Source: a virus. From it: a stretch of DNA of 64,000 nucleotides. The notes below the pieces were generated by a model that made no database searches, was not told where the DNA came from, and saw nothing but the letters and a program-made list of their open reading frames with translations. This document shows, piece after piece, positions 50,952 to 59,681 of the stretch. Numbering within the stretch: the stretch's first letter is position 1; the number at the start of each line of letters is the position of its first letter. The stretch is from positions 19,392 to 83,391 of IMG/VR virus record IMGVR_UViG_3300030103_002259; one strand, written 5' to 3'. The translations under genes and the position numbers were made by a program.

Positions 50952-53165
50952 CTATTTAATATTTTTGAAAGCAGACCTTTTTACAGATGTACCATTAATT
51001 CTCTTTCTTTTCCTACCCATATGTCTAAACGGACTACTCTTTAATTTATACAAATTTTCTGACTTTTGCAACTTTTTAGCATCATCATCCATGATAGTTC
51101 TCTTTCTATAACCTCTATTAGATTCTTGAATTCTCATAAATGCTACAAGCGCTGCAAAAGACACGAGCCTATCCACATTGACCCCATCTGCATATTCTCT
51201 CATTTCTTTTATAAGCATGGGATCAGGAATTCTTTCTATCCCGTATGTTTTTCTAACTATAGTACCATCCTCTTTTGTTTCTACATCTATCTCTTCTTTT
51301 GTAAACTCAATAGTATACGACAACAAATGAGCCTTAAATAATGTACCAGTATTCTTCCAACCATATTCTTGGAATACATTAGCATTAGCACCAAGATCTT
51401 TTAAAAACATAATTTGACTTTTAGGTACAAGATACTTTTGCTTCTTTCTGTGAATCATATAATTTATAAATAATGATATGTTATTTTCTATAACTGTCCA
51501 CGCATTATACCACTCAATTATATGTTCTAATCTTTCATGTGTTCTATTTATATCATCAAACCTTCCGCACCATGCAGCAACTATTTTAGCTGGTTCTATA
51601 TAAGTTTGCGTTTCTATACCAGTAACTTTTGTTACCTCTACAGAATTTTTCATTACATAAATAGAACATAATGATTCTGAGGTTGTGGTTTTACCTTCTG
51701 AAACAGGGTCAATAGATGCATAGTAAGTCCCAAAAGAAGGATTGTCTACAGGTCTTTCCCAAACTACCAAAACACCTTCTTTATTTTCTGTTTTCTTTTT
51801 TATTGGAAAATCTTTTATAGGTTGTTTATTAGACCTTTTAGATTGCAGCTTACCATTTTCATCTTCATACAAATCTATAAACTCATAACCATATGTTTTA
51901 TCTTCTATTCTTTGCTGTTGTGCAGCTAGCAGATGTGTAGGAAATACAGAAATAGATCTATGGTCAAATGCTTCTTTTATATTTCTTGGATGCTGAGATA
52001 TTCTCAATTGATAATCTTCTGGAGCCAACTCTTTTTTCCAATCTATAAATTGTTGTTCTAAAGCTTTAAGCGCTTTTTCTACTTTAGAGTTGCCATACTG
52101 GTCTATATGTGGAGGCATAGACCATTGTTCAGGAATAAATAAACCTGACAAACCAGTAGTACCTTTATCATCTATTAAATCAGTTTCTACAGCATAAATA
52201 TCTTTAGATGTAGGATTCTGAATCATATCTTTAAGCGGGTTACATTGTGACAAATCACCCACGGATCCTGCTGCTATAAATAATCCTGTAGTAGTAAGAC
52301 CAGATCTCATTGCTGGTCTCATGTACTCATATGTCTTATCCATTTTAGGTGCAATACCTGCTTCCTCATGAAAGAAGTATTTAACAGGACCCCCTACACC
52401 ATTTGTTGGATCTTTTTCAAATGACATTGCTTGTATAGTTCCTTTAAGTCCTACTTCAGTTTTTCTATTACCCTTTCTAACCTCAATCTTTTGTTGCCAC
52501 ATCATTATTTTGTTTGGGTTCATAGGTCTATACCATGCAGTATGTTCATTTAGAAATGCTGCATATTCATCTAAAAACTTCCAAGATCCTTTCTCATTGA
52601 TATAATCTTTAAGACTAGCGCCTATTTTTAATGTCACCCCAGCTTCAAACCATTGCTGGTTAATAAGCTTTGCCATATGATAGTAAGATGATGCTATCTG
52701 ACGTTTCTTTAGTATAGCAACATGTTTATAGTTTAACTCTGCTAGCATCTCATACAATGCCATATGATACTGAGCATCCCTAATATCAGCAAACCCAAAT
52801 TGTTGTATTTCTTTATTAAAGATTGGTAGAAAGTTTAACCACATATAATAATCACGGGTTATATACCAGGTTCCTTTTTTAGATTTATATATTACACCCT
52901 TTCTACATTTCTTTTTTTCACCATCCCAGTATTTAATAAAATCTTTTGATTTAAATGCTGATGTGCAATAAACACCTGTATCTTTAAACTTAGTTGCTTG
53001 TGAATTAAATTGTAAACTAGTTTTATCAAAATTATACTGACCAGGTTCTTTAAATAAAACTCTTATATAATCTGCAAAGTCTTCTCTGCTATCAAAGTCT
53101 GTAGTAGTCCATACACCATTATCCCAAGTTGGGATATCCTCATATATTTCTGTATTATTGATCAT
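50952..53165 (-). CDS. terL: Terminase large subunit
   Basis: Variant Walker A (ILKKRQIASSY), Walker B (YFFHEEAG), RNase H-like SIDPV...ENN and NVDRLVSF nuclease motifs. Confidence 0.9.
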   Translation of the reverse strand: MINNTEIYEDIPTWDNGVWTTTDFDSREDFADYIRVLFKEPGQYNFDKTSLQFNSQATKFKDTGVYCTSAFKSKDFIKYWDGEKKKCRKGVIYKSKKGTWYITRDYYMWLNFLPIFNKEIQQFGFADIRDAQYHMALYEMLAELNYKHVAILKKRQIASSYYHMAKLINQQWFEAGVTLKIGASLKDYINEKGSWKFLDEYAAFLNEHTAWYRPMNPNKIMMWQQKIEVRKGNRKTEVGLKGTIQAMSFEKDPTNGVGGPVKYFFHEEAGIAPKMDKTYEYMRPAMRSGLTTTGLFIAAGSVGDLSQCNPLKDMIQNPTSKDIYAVETDLIDDKGTTGLSGLFIPEQWSMPPHIDQYGNSKVEKALKALEQQFIDWKKELAPEDYQLRISQHPRNIKEAFDHRSISVFPTHLLAAQQQRIEDKTYGYEFIDLYEDENGKLQSKRSNKQPIKDFPIKKKTENKEGVLVVWERPVDNPSFGTYYASIDPVSEGKTTTSESLCSIYVMKNSVEVTKVTGIETQTYIEPAKIVAAWCGRFDDINRTHERLEHIIEWYNAWTVIENNISLFINYMIHRKKQKYLVPKSQIMFLKDLGANANVFQEYGWKNTGTLFKAHLLSYTIEFTKEEIDVETKEDGTIVRKTYGIERIPDPMLIKEMREYADGVNVDRLVSFAALVAFMRIQESNRGYRKRTIMDDDAKKLQKSENLYKLKSSPFRHMGRKRKRINGTSVKRSAFKNIK

Positions 53166-53670
53166 ATCCTAAACCATAACCACCTCTTACAGAAGATTGT
53201 TGTTCTTCTTGCAAGTCTTTGTATGCACCTTTAAATGAAGATCTAATCTGTTCAAATTTAGCAGCCGCATTTACCATAGAATTTATATTACCATCGCGGC
53301 CATGTTCTATTGGTGTAGTCTCCATATATCTCCCTAATCTATCTAACATAGCTGCAATACCTTTATATGCTCTGGATGTAGGTGTTTCATACATTCTCTG
53401 ACAAAATTTTAAAGCAGCGTAAACATCATCATCTTCTGTAGAAAACTCAGCTCCAATCTCCTCTAATATTAAAGACTCTTTATCTATATCAGGTGTATGA
53501 AAAAAAGGATTAAGATCTGGACTTGGGCAAGTCATATAAAATAGATATTGATATATTTTTAAATAATCATCAGGAAACTTTTCCATTATATCTTTTAAAG
53601 ATTTTAAAGTATAACAATGTTCAGTAGGAATTACAGTATCATTTTCAATATCAAATAGTCTAATTAACAT
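53155..53670 (-). CDS. Conserved protein upstream of terL (possible terminase small subunit)
   Basis: Overlaps the terL start. Helical, ending in VRGG. Function is inferred from position only. Confidence 0.45.
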   Translation of the reverse strand: MLIRLFDIENDTVIPTEHCYTLKSLKDIMEKFPDDYLKIYQYLFYMTCPSPDLNPFFHTPDIDKESLILEEIGAEFSTEDDDVYAALKFCQRMYETPTSRAYKGIAAMLDRLGRYMETTPIEHGRDGNINSMVNAAAKFEQIRSSFKGAYKDLQEEQQSSVRGGYGLGYDQ

Positions 53671-53674
53671 TTTA

Positions 53675-54484
53675 TTAGTTTTTTAAGTAGTGTAGTATTG
53701 CGTGCACTTCATCAATTAAATAATCTACAGGGAGTATGTTAACTTTTGATACAATAGGATCACCTGATGAATTAGTTTTTGTAATAGGATATCCATATTT
53801 ATCTTCACCTTCTTTTTCAAACTCAACATGATATATAAATATATTTCCTGGCTTTAATTTAGGATTATGCTTTAATATAATATACATATAAATACTGAGC
53901 TGTAAACTATAATGGTTAAAGTTACAATCATCCAAGTTAGTAACTGGAGAACTCATTTTCTCACTTATACCTTCCCAGTTTTTATAAGATTCTTTTTTAA
54001 TTTCTTTATTGGTCTTATAATCAATAATATGAACTTTATTATTTATAACTTCAACAAGATCTGCTTGACCACATATACCAGCAGACTTTAAATAAACCAT
54101 ATGTTCAGGGTAAATTCCTGGATCTAACTTTTGGGTTGAGGATAATTTTTTACCATCCTTTAATGGTTGAGGTGGTATTACAGGTATTACAACACCTTCT
54201 TTTTCCATAGAAGAAAGCGAACATAAATCAGCTTCTCTTTGATTATGATAAAATGTTCCTAAATCTGTAGCACGTTTAGATTCTTTATTCCAAATTTTAA
54301 TAATCTCTTTTGGTTCTAAATTATACCATTTTGACTTTTTATTTTTACTAACCTTATTGGCAACTTTTTTTGCATCAAAAGGTTTCTTAAGTTTTGAAAT
54401 CACTGTAGTTACACTAGTCCATTTTATATCTGACTTGTCTATACTATGGTAACTATGATCTTTTTCATTAAATAATAAATTCAT
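53675..54484 (-). CDS. PD-(D/E)xK (Cas4/RecB-like) nuclease
   Basis: SVTT, GTFYH, GICGQADLV, IIDYKTNK and YSLQLSIY motifs. Likely start MNLLFNE at 54484. Confidence 0.85.
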   Translation of the reverse strand: MNLLFNEKDHSYHSIDKSDIKWTSVTTVISKLKKPFDAKKVANKVSKNKKSKWYNLEPKEIIKIWNKESKRATDLGTFYHNQREADLCSLSSMEKEGVVIPVIPPQPLKDGKKLSSTQKLDPGIYPEHMVYLKSAGICGQADLVEVINNKVHIIDYKTNKEIKKESYKNWEGISEKMSSPVTNLDDCNFNHYSLQLSIYMYIILKHNPKLKPGNIFIYHVEFEKEGEDKYGYPITKTNSSGDPIVSKVNILPVDYLIDEVHAILHYLKN

Positions 54485-54486
54485 AA

Positions 54487-54789
54487 TTAATCTGTTAGTT
54501 GATCTAATATATCTTCTTCTGATTCTGTCATTAGTGCAGGCCATTCTCCTATTGGACATGCTGATGATAAAGCTCTTGTTTTAAATGCAAGTGAACATCC
54601 ACAATTACCACAACAAGGTTGTGTACCAGGCATCTCACATTTTGTTCCTTTAAGATCTATTTCTATACACTCTTTGCATAAAGACATTCTTTTTAAGGCA
54701 ACATCTTCTACAAACTCATCTCTAATTACTGCATTTTTAATACCTTCATAAATCTGTTTTCTGTTTTCCCATATTTTCTTTAAATTCAT
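54487..54789 (-). CDS. Cys-rich zinc-binding small protein
   Basis: R..LCKEC...CCGNCGCSL.FKTR.LSS.CP.G.W pattern. Confidence 0.65.
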   Translation of the reverse strand: MNLKKIWENRKQIYEGIKNAVIRDEFVEDVALKRMSLCKECIEIDLKGTKCEMPGTQPCCGNCGCSLAFKTRALSSACPIGEWPALMTESEEDILDQLTD

Positions 54790-55150
54790 TTTTAATCTTT
54801 TTATAAGTTGTCTTTCTTTCTTCTTCTAAATTGTGTAGTTCCATTAATTTAATAAGTAGTTGTAATTTATCTTCTATAGTTTTTTTATTATAATAAGCTG
54901 AGAATGTAGAAGTATCATGATTTTTTAAAACTTTTTTATATTTATCAATAGATTTTCTTATATAATTAGCTTTTGAAACAAAATGACCTAAACCCTCTAT
55001 ATTTAATCTTGTATATTCTAGATTACTTAAAGCCGATCTACATTCTTTATAATAAAAATCTATAAGTGCTTCAATTAAATTAGAATCTTCTTTTAACTTA
55101 TTACTAATCTCATCAATAAAAATCTTAACTTTTTTTGGATTCATAAGCAA
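54746..55150 (-). CDS. HU/IHF-like DNA-binding protein
   Basis: Two helices followed by RLNIEGLGHFVSK, resembling the HU/IHF I-x-G-F-G-x-F signature. Confidence 0.55.
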   Translation of the reverse strand: MLMNPKKVKIFIDEISNKLKEDSNLIEALIDFYYKECRSALSNLEYTRLNIEGLGHFVSKANYIRKSIDKYKKVLKNHDTSTFSAYYNKKTIEDKLQLLIKLMELHNLEEERKTTYKKIKNEFKENMGKQKTDL

Positions 55151-55505
55151 GAAATTTATAATCTAATAATATAGTACCTTTAGTTTGAATATTTAATTTA
55201 GGGTTAAGTAATATTAATTTTTTATTATTTGGATCTTTAATTATAAGTTTATTTTTTTCAGATTTATTTAAGGAATTTCTAACAGATTGGGGTGATTTAA
55301 AGATGCTGTCCTCTGGTTCAGAGGACGCATCTGAGCAAAAATTACTAAGTTCAATTGGTTGATTAAAAGATAATAATGTTAAACATTCAAGATCAGCATT
55401 ACTTAATATAATCTTATTAAGATAGCAGTGTGTTAATATTTGATACTTAACAATATCCCATTTATCAATCTTAACTTTTTTTTGAACTTGATTAACAACA
55501 GCCAT
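55125..55505 (-). CDS. Putative winged-helix DNA-binding protein
   Basis: FKSPQSVRNSLNK.EK..LI.K...ILLNP has a wHTH-like pattern. Confidence 0.4.
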   Translation of the reverse strand: MAVVNQVQKKVKIDKWDIVKYQILTHCYLNKIILSNADLECLTLLSFNQPIELSNFCSDASSEPEDSIFKSPQSVRNSLNKSEKNKLIIKDPNNKKLILLNPKLNIQTKGTILLDYKFLAYESKKS

Positions 55506-55506
55506 T

Positions 55507-55797
55507 TTAGGTTCTTTTAAGTTTACTTCTTTTTAGTGGTTTTTTATCTTGAGTTGGTTTAGATTTTGGCTTATCTACATCCTCATCTGAACCTTCTGGT
55601 GGTTGCGTACTAGCCATTAGCATTTGCCATTGATATGCAAAGTTTGCTCTTTTAAATCTAGCCTCTTCCACATCAGTTAGAAGTTGTTCATATTTAAGTT
55701 GTGATTCTAAATAAGGAATAGAAGAATCATAAAATTCTTTCATTTCTTCTTTTCTTTGATCTAGCTCTTCAGCTGATAAATTTTCTGGATTTTCCAT
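55507..55797 (-). CDS. Hypothetical coiled-coil protein
   Basis: ORF with an upstream promoter motif and an AAACCA-ATG start context. Confidence 0.55.
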   Translation of the reverse strand: MENPENLSAEELDQRKEEMKEFYDSSIPYLESQLKYEQLLTDVEEARFKRANFAYQWQMLMASTQPPEGSDEDVDKPKSKPTQDKKPLKRSKLKRT

Positions 55798-55818
55798 TGG
55801 TTTAAATTTTTATTTAAT

Positions 55819-55832
55819 CAAATATACAAATA
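55819..55832 (-). promoter_or_regulatory. Promoter motif TTTGTATATTTG (matches Bacteroidota -7 TAnnTTTG)
   Basis: Upstream of the 55797 start, immediately after a terminator. Confidence 0.55.
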
Positions 55833-55857
55833 AAGTTTAAACTTCTGTAGTTTAAAT

Positions 55858-55886
55858 AAAAAAACCTAGATAATTAAACCTAGGTT
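55858..55886 (-). terminator. Intrinsic terminator after the endolysin
   Basis: AACCTAG/CTAGGTT stem plus a T-run. Confidence 0.6.
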
Positions 55887-55916
55887 CTTTAATTCACACA
55901 TTACAAAACAAAAAAT

Positions 55917-56615
55917 TTATACTGTACCTTCAGCTTCTACTTGTTGTATCATTTGAAAGTGTATTTTAGCTATTCTATCTCTACCTTCTTCGGATAAAAG
56001 ATACTTGTGACAGTTATCTGAATTAGTCATAAAAAAGTTTTCAGAAAGTATTGCAGGCATATTAGTATCCATTAGTACTGTAAATTTAGCCTCCTGATCT
56101 ACATCACCATCTCTATATGTATCAGATCTCATATACTCTCCCTTAAACTCCCGTGCAGCTTTTTCAAATAGTATTGTTGCAATACCATCAGATTTAGTTG
56201 TACCTGGCGAAGTATACACACACCATCCATTTGCAGACTCTTCAGTATATCCATTTGCATGTACGCTCACATATATGCAAGGTTTTTCAGAAGACTTAGC
56301 TAATCTATTAGCTGTGTTTACTCTTTCTGATAAGCTAATATCATTTGGAGTATCTACTAGATTAATAGCATCTATACCATTAGCTTCACACTTTTTCATT
56401 AATCTATCTACTATGGCACGATTAAACTCACCTTCAAATAGCTGAGTACCATCTGGCCATACAGGAGATCTTTTACCAGGAGTTTGATATACACCATCCA
56501 CTATACCACCATGACCATTATCAAGTATCCAAAGATACTTTGATCCTGCTTGATGTTGTGTAATAGACATATCAAACTCTGTTTTACAATGAGGACATGT
56601 TATAATTTTTTCCAT
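55917..56615 (-). CDS. N-acetylmuramoyl-L-alanine amidase (Amidase_3) endolysin
   Basis: ILDNGHGG, E.EFN, SL.ERV..AN, VSVHAN and PAILSENFFMTN motifs. Confidence 0.9.
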   Translation of the reverse strand: MEKIITCPHCKTEFDMSITQHQAGSKYLWILDNGHGGIVDGVYQTPGKRSPVWPDGTQLFEGEFNRAIVDRLMKKCEANGIDAINLVDTPNDISLSERVNTANRLAKSSEKPCIYVSVHANGYTEESANGWCVYTSPGTTKSDGIATILFEKAAREFKGEYMRSDTYRDGDVDQEAKFTVLMDTNMPAILSENFFMTNSDNCHKYLLSEEGRDRIAKIHFQMIQQVEAEGTV

Positions 56616-56689
56616 AGCGCTCTAATTATAGCAGGCATTACAAAGAAAGCTGCAAAGTATAAGAATAAAAGTAGCGGAGTTACCCCATT

Positions 56690-56923
56690 TTATTTTTTGT
56701 TTCTAATTCGTGTTAATTTATCAATAGAAGTTAATCCTAGTGACCCAAATGCAAATAATGCTACAGCATCTACTAGATACTCAGCTGGTCTAATATCACC
56801 GTGAGTAAATGTATTTGCTACTAAAGAAGTTACTAGTGCTAATACACATAGCAATCCCCCTAATCTTTTAGATGAATAGTTTCCTGTTTCATCACTTAAT
56901 AATTCTTTAAAAAACGTTTTCAT
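56690..56923 (-). CDS. Holin-like two-TM membrane protein
   Basis: 77 aa, SSKR motif, two hydrophobic helices and a basic C-terminus, next to the endolysin. Confidence 0.65.
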   Translation of the reverse strand: MKTFFKELLSDETGNYSSKRLGGLLCVLALVTSLVANTFTHGDIRPAEYLVDAVALFAFGSLGLTSIDKLTRIRNKK

Positions 56924-57366
56924 AGTAATCTTTTTTTTAAAAATAAAAATAACCTGTAAGCTCCATAAAGCACTACAGCTATCATTAACCAGTTAAATAT
57001 CTTTTTCCAAAGTGGAGTTTTTTCATAATACTTAATTGGTATTTTTCTTTCTACTATTTTTTCTACCGTGATAGTATCACACTCACCTCTTATATATACA
57101 TTTTGTTTAATAGTATCATGAAATATTTTAACAGTAAGTCTTTCTTTCTGTAGAACTAGAGTATCTCTAGTTATTTGAGTAAAAAAGTGCTGACTAATAA
57201 GCGTATCATGTACCACTTTTGGTACTTCTACTTTGACTGTATCATGTATAGTTAAAGTATCTGTAGTAAGCAAATGAGGATGTTTATTTATTAACCTGGT
57301 AAACCTCCGTTGAGGAGTACAGGCAAATAAGCCTAATATTATTAATGCAGAAAAAATTCTTATCAT
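56920..57366 (-). CDS. Unimolecular-spanin-like lipoprotein
   Basis: Signal peptide with lipobox LFA-C, beta-rich xDT repeats and a C-terminal TM helix. Confidence 0.65.
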   Translation of the reverse strand: MIRIFSALIILGLFACTPQRRFTRLINKHPHLLTTDTLTIHDTVKVEVPKVVHDTLISQHFFTQITRDTLVLQKERLTVKIFHDTIKQNVYIRGECDTITVEKIVERKIPIKYYEKTPLWKKIFNWLMIAVVLYGAYRLFLFLKKRLL

Positions 57367-57689
57367 TTACTTTTAATTCCGTGAATGGCTTCAATGATCT
57401 CTATTTTCATTTTAGCCATGTCTTCTCTAAGTTGAGAAATAGATTGTTCTTGCTTTTCGCGATTGGACTCAACTTTAGTTTTTAGATCATCAATTCTTTT
57501 ATGAACTCTTTCAGTAATCTCTTTCTTGATACTTTTCATTTCATCTAGATCTTTAGAAAGATTATCTAATGTTAGTTGTTGTATAGTCACCTTTCCTTTC
57601 AAAGTATGCCATACACCTAAAGCGCCTGTTAATGATACTAATAATGCTATAAAAGCATCAAAACCTATTTGTAAACCTGAAACATCCAT
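57363..57689 (-). CDS. Membrane-anchored coiled-coil protein (holin/lysis-associated)
   Basis: Likely start MDVSGL at 57689, because the promoter motif lies at 57722. One TM helix followed by a coiled coil. Confidence 0.55.
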   Translation of the reverse strand: MDVSGLQIGFDAFIALLVSLTGALGVWHTLKGKVTIQQLTLDNLSKDLDEMKSIKKEITERVHKRIDDLKTKVESNREKQEQSISQLREDMAKMKIEIIEAIHGIKSK

Positions 57690-57721
57690 TCTCTCTTGTA
57701 TAAATAATAAACATATATCTA

Positions 57722-57734
57722 TAATATACAAAAA
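57722..57734 (-). promoter_or_regulatory. Putative late promoter motif TTTTTGTATATTA for the lysis cassette
   Basis: Motif copy upstream of the 57689 start. Confidence 0.55.
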
Positions 57735-57764
57735 AAATTTAAATATACCAGTAAATACGTAGGT

Positions 57765-58658
57765 TTAAATAGGGAATTTATGGGAGTCTACTTGACATAA
57801 ATGAAAGTCACCTTTATCTTTAGTAATAGTACGCCTATACTCTATATTTAGAATACGACCTCCTGTAGGTTTGATAGGTGCGCCACGTTCTACATGCCAC
57901 CCTTTACTTCCAGCACCATATTCTTCTTTATATGTTCCTGTAATCATCATATGAAGTTGTTTTTGCACATGTCTGTAGGTACTTCCTCCTTGTGTGCAAA
58001 CATCTCTAACATCATTTCTTGCAGCATTTTCGTGTATATGACCCATGGTAAATACATCAAAGTCTTCATACTTTTCTAAAGCTCTTGTAAGATTTAAAGC
58101 TCCTTTGGTTACAATACCGCCTCCACCTGATCCATGAAAGTATTTTATTTTAATAGATCTTGTAGAATCTTTTGTAGTTGGTTTAGCTCTTACTACTTGA
58201 TTTACAATAAACCAACCACCATAGCCACCAGTCATAACATTAGAATCATTTTTAAGATTAAGCAGCTTTACAAATCTAGCTAGTATATCAGTTTCTTGAA
58301 ATTTAATAATAGCTGTCTCGTGATTACCATAACCTATAACTGTCATTAAATGAGCATATGGTGACCACCATTCTACAGCTGTTTCTACAATGCTATCTAA
58401 ATACTTAGCATTATTGTGTTCTGGTCTAATATCTGATTTATTTCTTCTGTTATCACCTCTACCTTGCATTAAACAAAACATGTCTCCATTAATATGAATA
58501 GGAATAGATTCTTTTACACAATAGTCTAAATCTTTTTTTAATAGTTTCCAATCACATTTTGGATTATCCCAGTGTAAATCTGAAAACATTGCAATACGTG
58601 CTTTACTACCCCCTAGCTTAAGTTCATGAATATTATCAGCGTGTTTAATTAACTTCAT
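57765..58658 (-). CDS. Calcineurin-like metallophosphoesterase
   Basis: SDLH, NGD, GNHE, HG and GHIH motifs in the canonical order. Confidence 0.85.
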   Translation of the reverse strand: MKLIKHADNIHELKLGGSKARIAMFSDLHWDNPKCDWKLLKKDLDYCVKESIPIHINGDMFCLMQGRGDNRRNKSDIRPEHNNAKYLDSIVETAVEWWSPYAHLMTVIGYGNHETAIIKFQETDILARFVKLLNLKNDSNVMTGGYGGWFIVNQVVRAKPTTKDSTRSIKIKYFHGSGGGGIVTKGALNLTRALEKYEDFDVFTMGHIHENAARNDVRDVCTQGGSTYRHVQKQLHMMITGTYKEEYGAGSKGWHVERGAPIKPTGGRILNIEYRRTITKDKGDFHLCQVDSHKFPI

Positions 58659-58709
58659 AATTTTATTTTTTCTGAGGAGAGACGTTCTAATATAGTGTTT
58701 ATTTTTTAT

Positions 58710-59402
58710 TTAAATAAACAACTTAAAAAAGTTACCTTCATTTAAAGGTGCTGTAGAAAGACCTTTTATTTCTACCCTGTCTAAAGTTAAAGTTCCAAAT
58801 GTAGATGTTGCTTGTAAATCGAGATCACCAGCAGGAAAGCCTGTTGCAGTTGGAGCACCTAAAGCACCCGCAGCAACTTGTCTATTTGTATTATGCTGAC
58901 TAAAAAATCTATTGCTTCCAGTTGGTATTTGTTGCGTTAAAATTTGATTTACAGAACATGAAGTCATCATTACAAAAGATTCATCTTGTATAGTAAGTAT
59001 TCCATTGTGAGGTGTATTTTGAGCGCCTGTTCTAAGTGTATTTCCGACACCACCACAATCTCCAAAACTTTTTATAGCAATGCTAATTGGATTAAATTGA
59101 TTTCCATTAAAAGTAATAGTTAAAGTGTTACTTCCTGTGGGTGCCTGATTTAAAGCATAACAAACCATTCTTTGACTTAATCCAGATCTGTTTTGCTGAT
59201 ATACTTCAGTCATTGTTTGACCGCCATAAGTTGCACCAGTAAAAGTCCTGCCATTAGCGTTTGACATTGTTGCTTGAACTACAACAGTTTCATTTCCTGT
59301 CGTTGTAGGTGGCACCATAAAAATATTTGAAAATTGTTGACTTACAGAACTTGCTCCTGGTGTTGGATTAGCTTGTAAATTATTTCCAGATACAGGTACC
59401 AT
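58710..59402 (-). CDS. Beta-rich putative fibre/receptor-binding accessory protein
   Basis: Thr/Gly/Ser-rich, with TYGG..MT and APTGSNTLTITF segments and a short C-terminal FF tag. Confidence 0.45.
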   Translation of the reverse strand: MVPVSGNNLQANPTPGASSVSQQFSNIFMVPPTTTGNETVVVQATMSNANGRTFTGATYGGQTMTEVYQQNRSGLSQRMVCYALNQAPTGSNTLTITFNGNQFNPISIAIKSFGDCGGVGNTLRTGAQNTPHNGILTIQDESFVMMTSCSVNQILTQQIPTGSNRFFSQHNTNRQVAAGALGAPTATGFPAGDLDLQATSTFGTLTLDRVEIKGLSTAPLNEGNFFKLFI

Positions 59403-59680
59403 TATAATTCATTTATATTTGTTATTATAGGTAAACTCAAACCATCTATCATATCAACTTCAGTTCGTGCTTCATATACAAATTCAGTAGTTTCAAAAAA
59501 TGTACTTACAGACGCCTGGTTTAGCGTCAACTTAGTTCTATTTTCTGCTAAAAATTTTCCCAGACTAGTATCATAATCTTCATTGATCTGAATTGCTACC
59601 GCAGGGTCTTCTGTATATCCTACATCAGTGTACTTTAGATTATCTGTACCTTCTAACTCTATTTTTGAAATAATTATCAT
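59402..59680 (-). CDS. Hypothetical protein
   Basis: 92-aa ORF coupled to both neighbours. Confidence 0.55.
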   Translation of the reverse strand: MIIISKIELEGTDNLKYTDVGYTEDPAVAIQINEDYDTSLGKFLAENRTKLTLNQASVSTFFETTEFVYEARTEVDMIDGLSLPIITNINEL

Positions 59681-59681
59681 A

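Noticed and set aside
50952-53165. Intein or intron in terminase, portal or MCP
   Set aside because: The ORFs are continuous with plausible lengths, and I saw no intein splice-junction or homing-endonuclease motifs.
53675-54559. CRISPR-Cas system suggested by the Cas4-like nuclease
   Set aside because: I saw no repeat-spacer array or other cas genes. Solo PD-(D/E)xK nucleases are common in phages.
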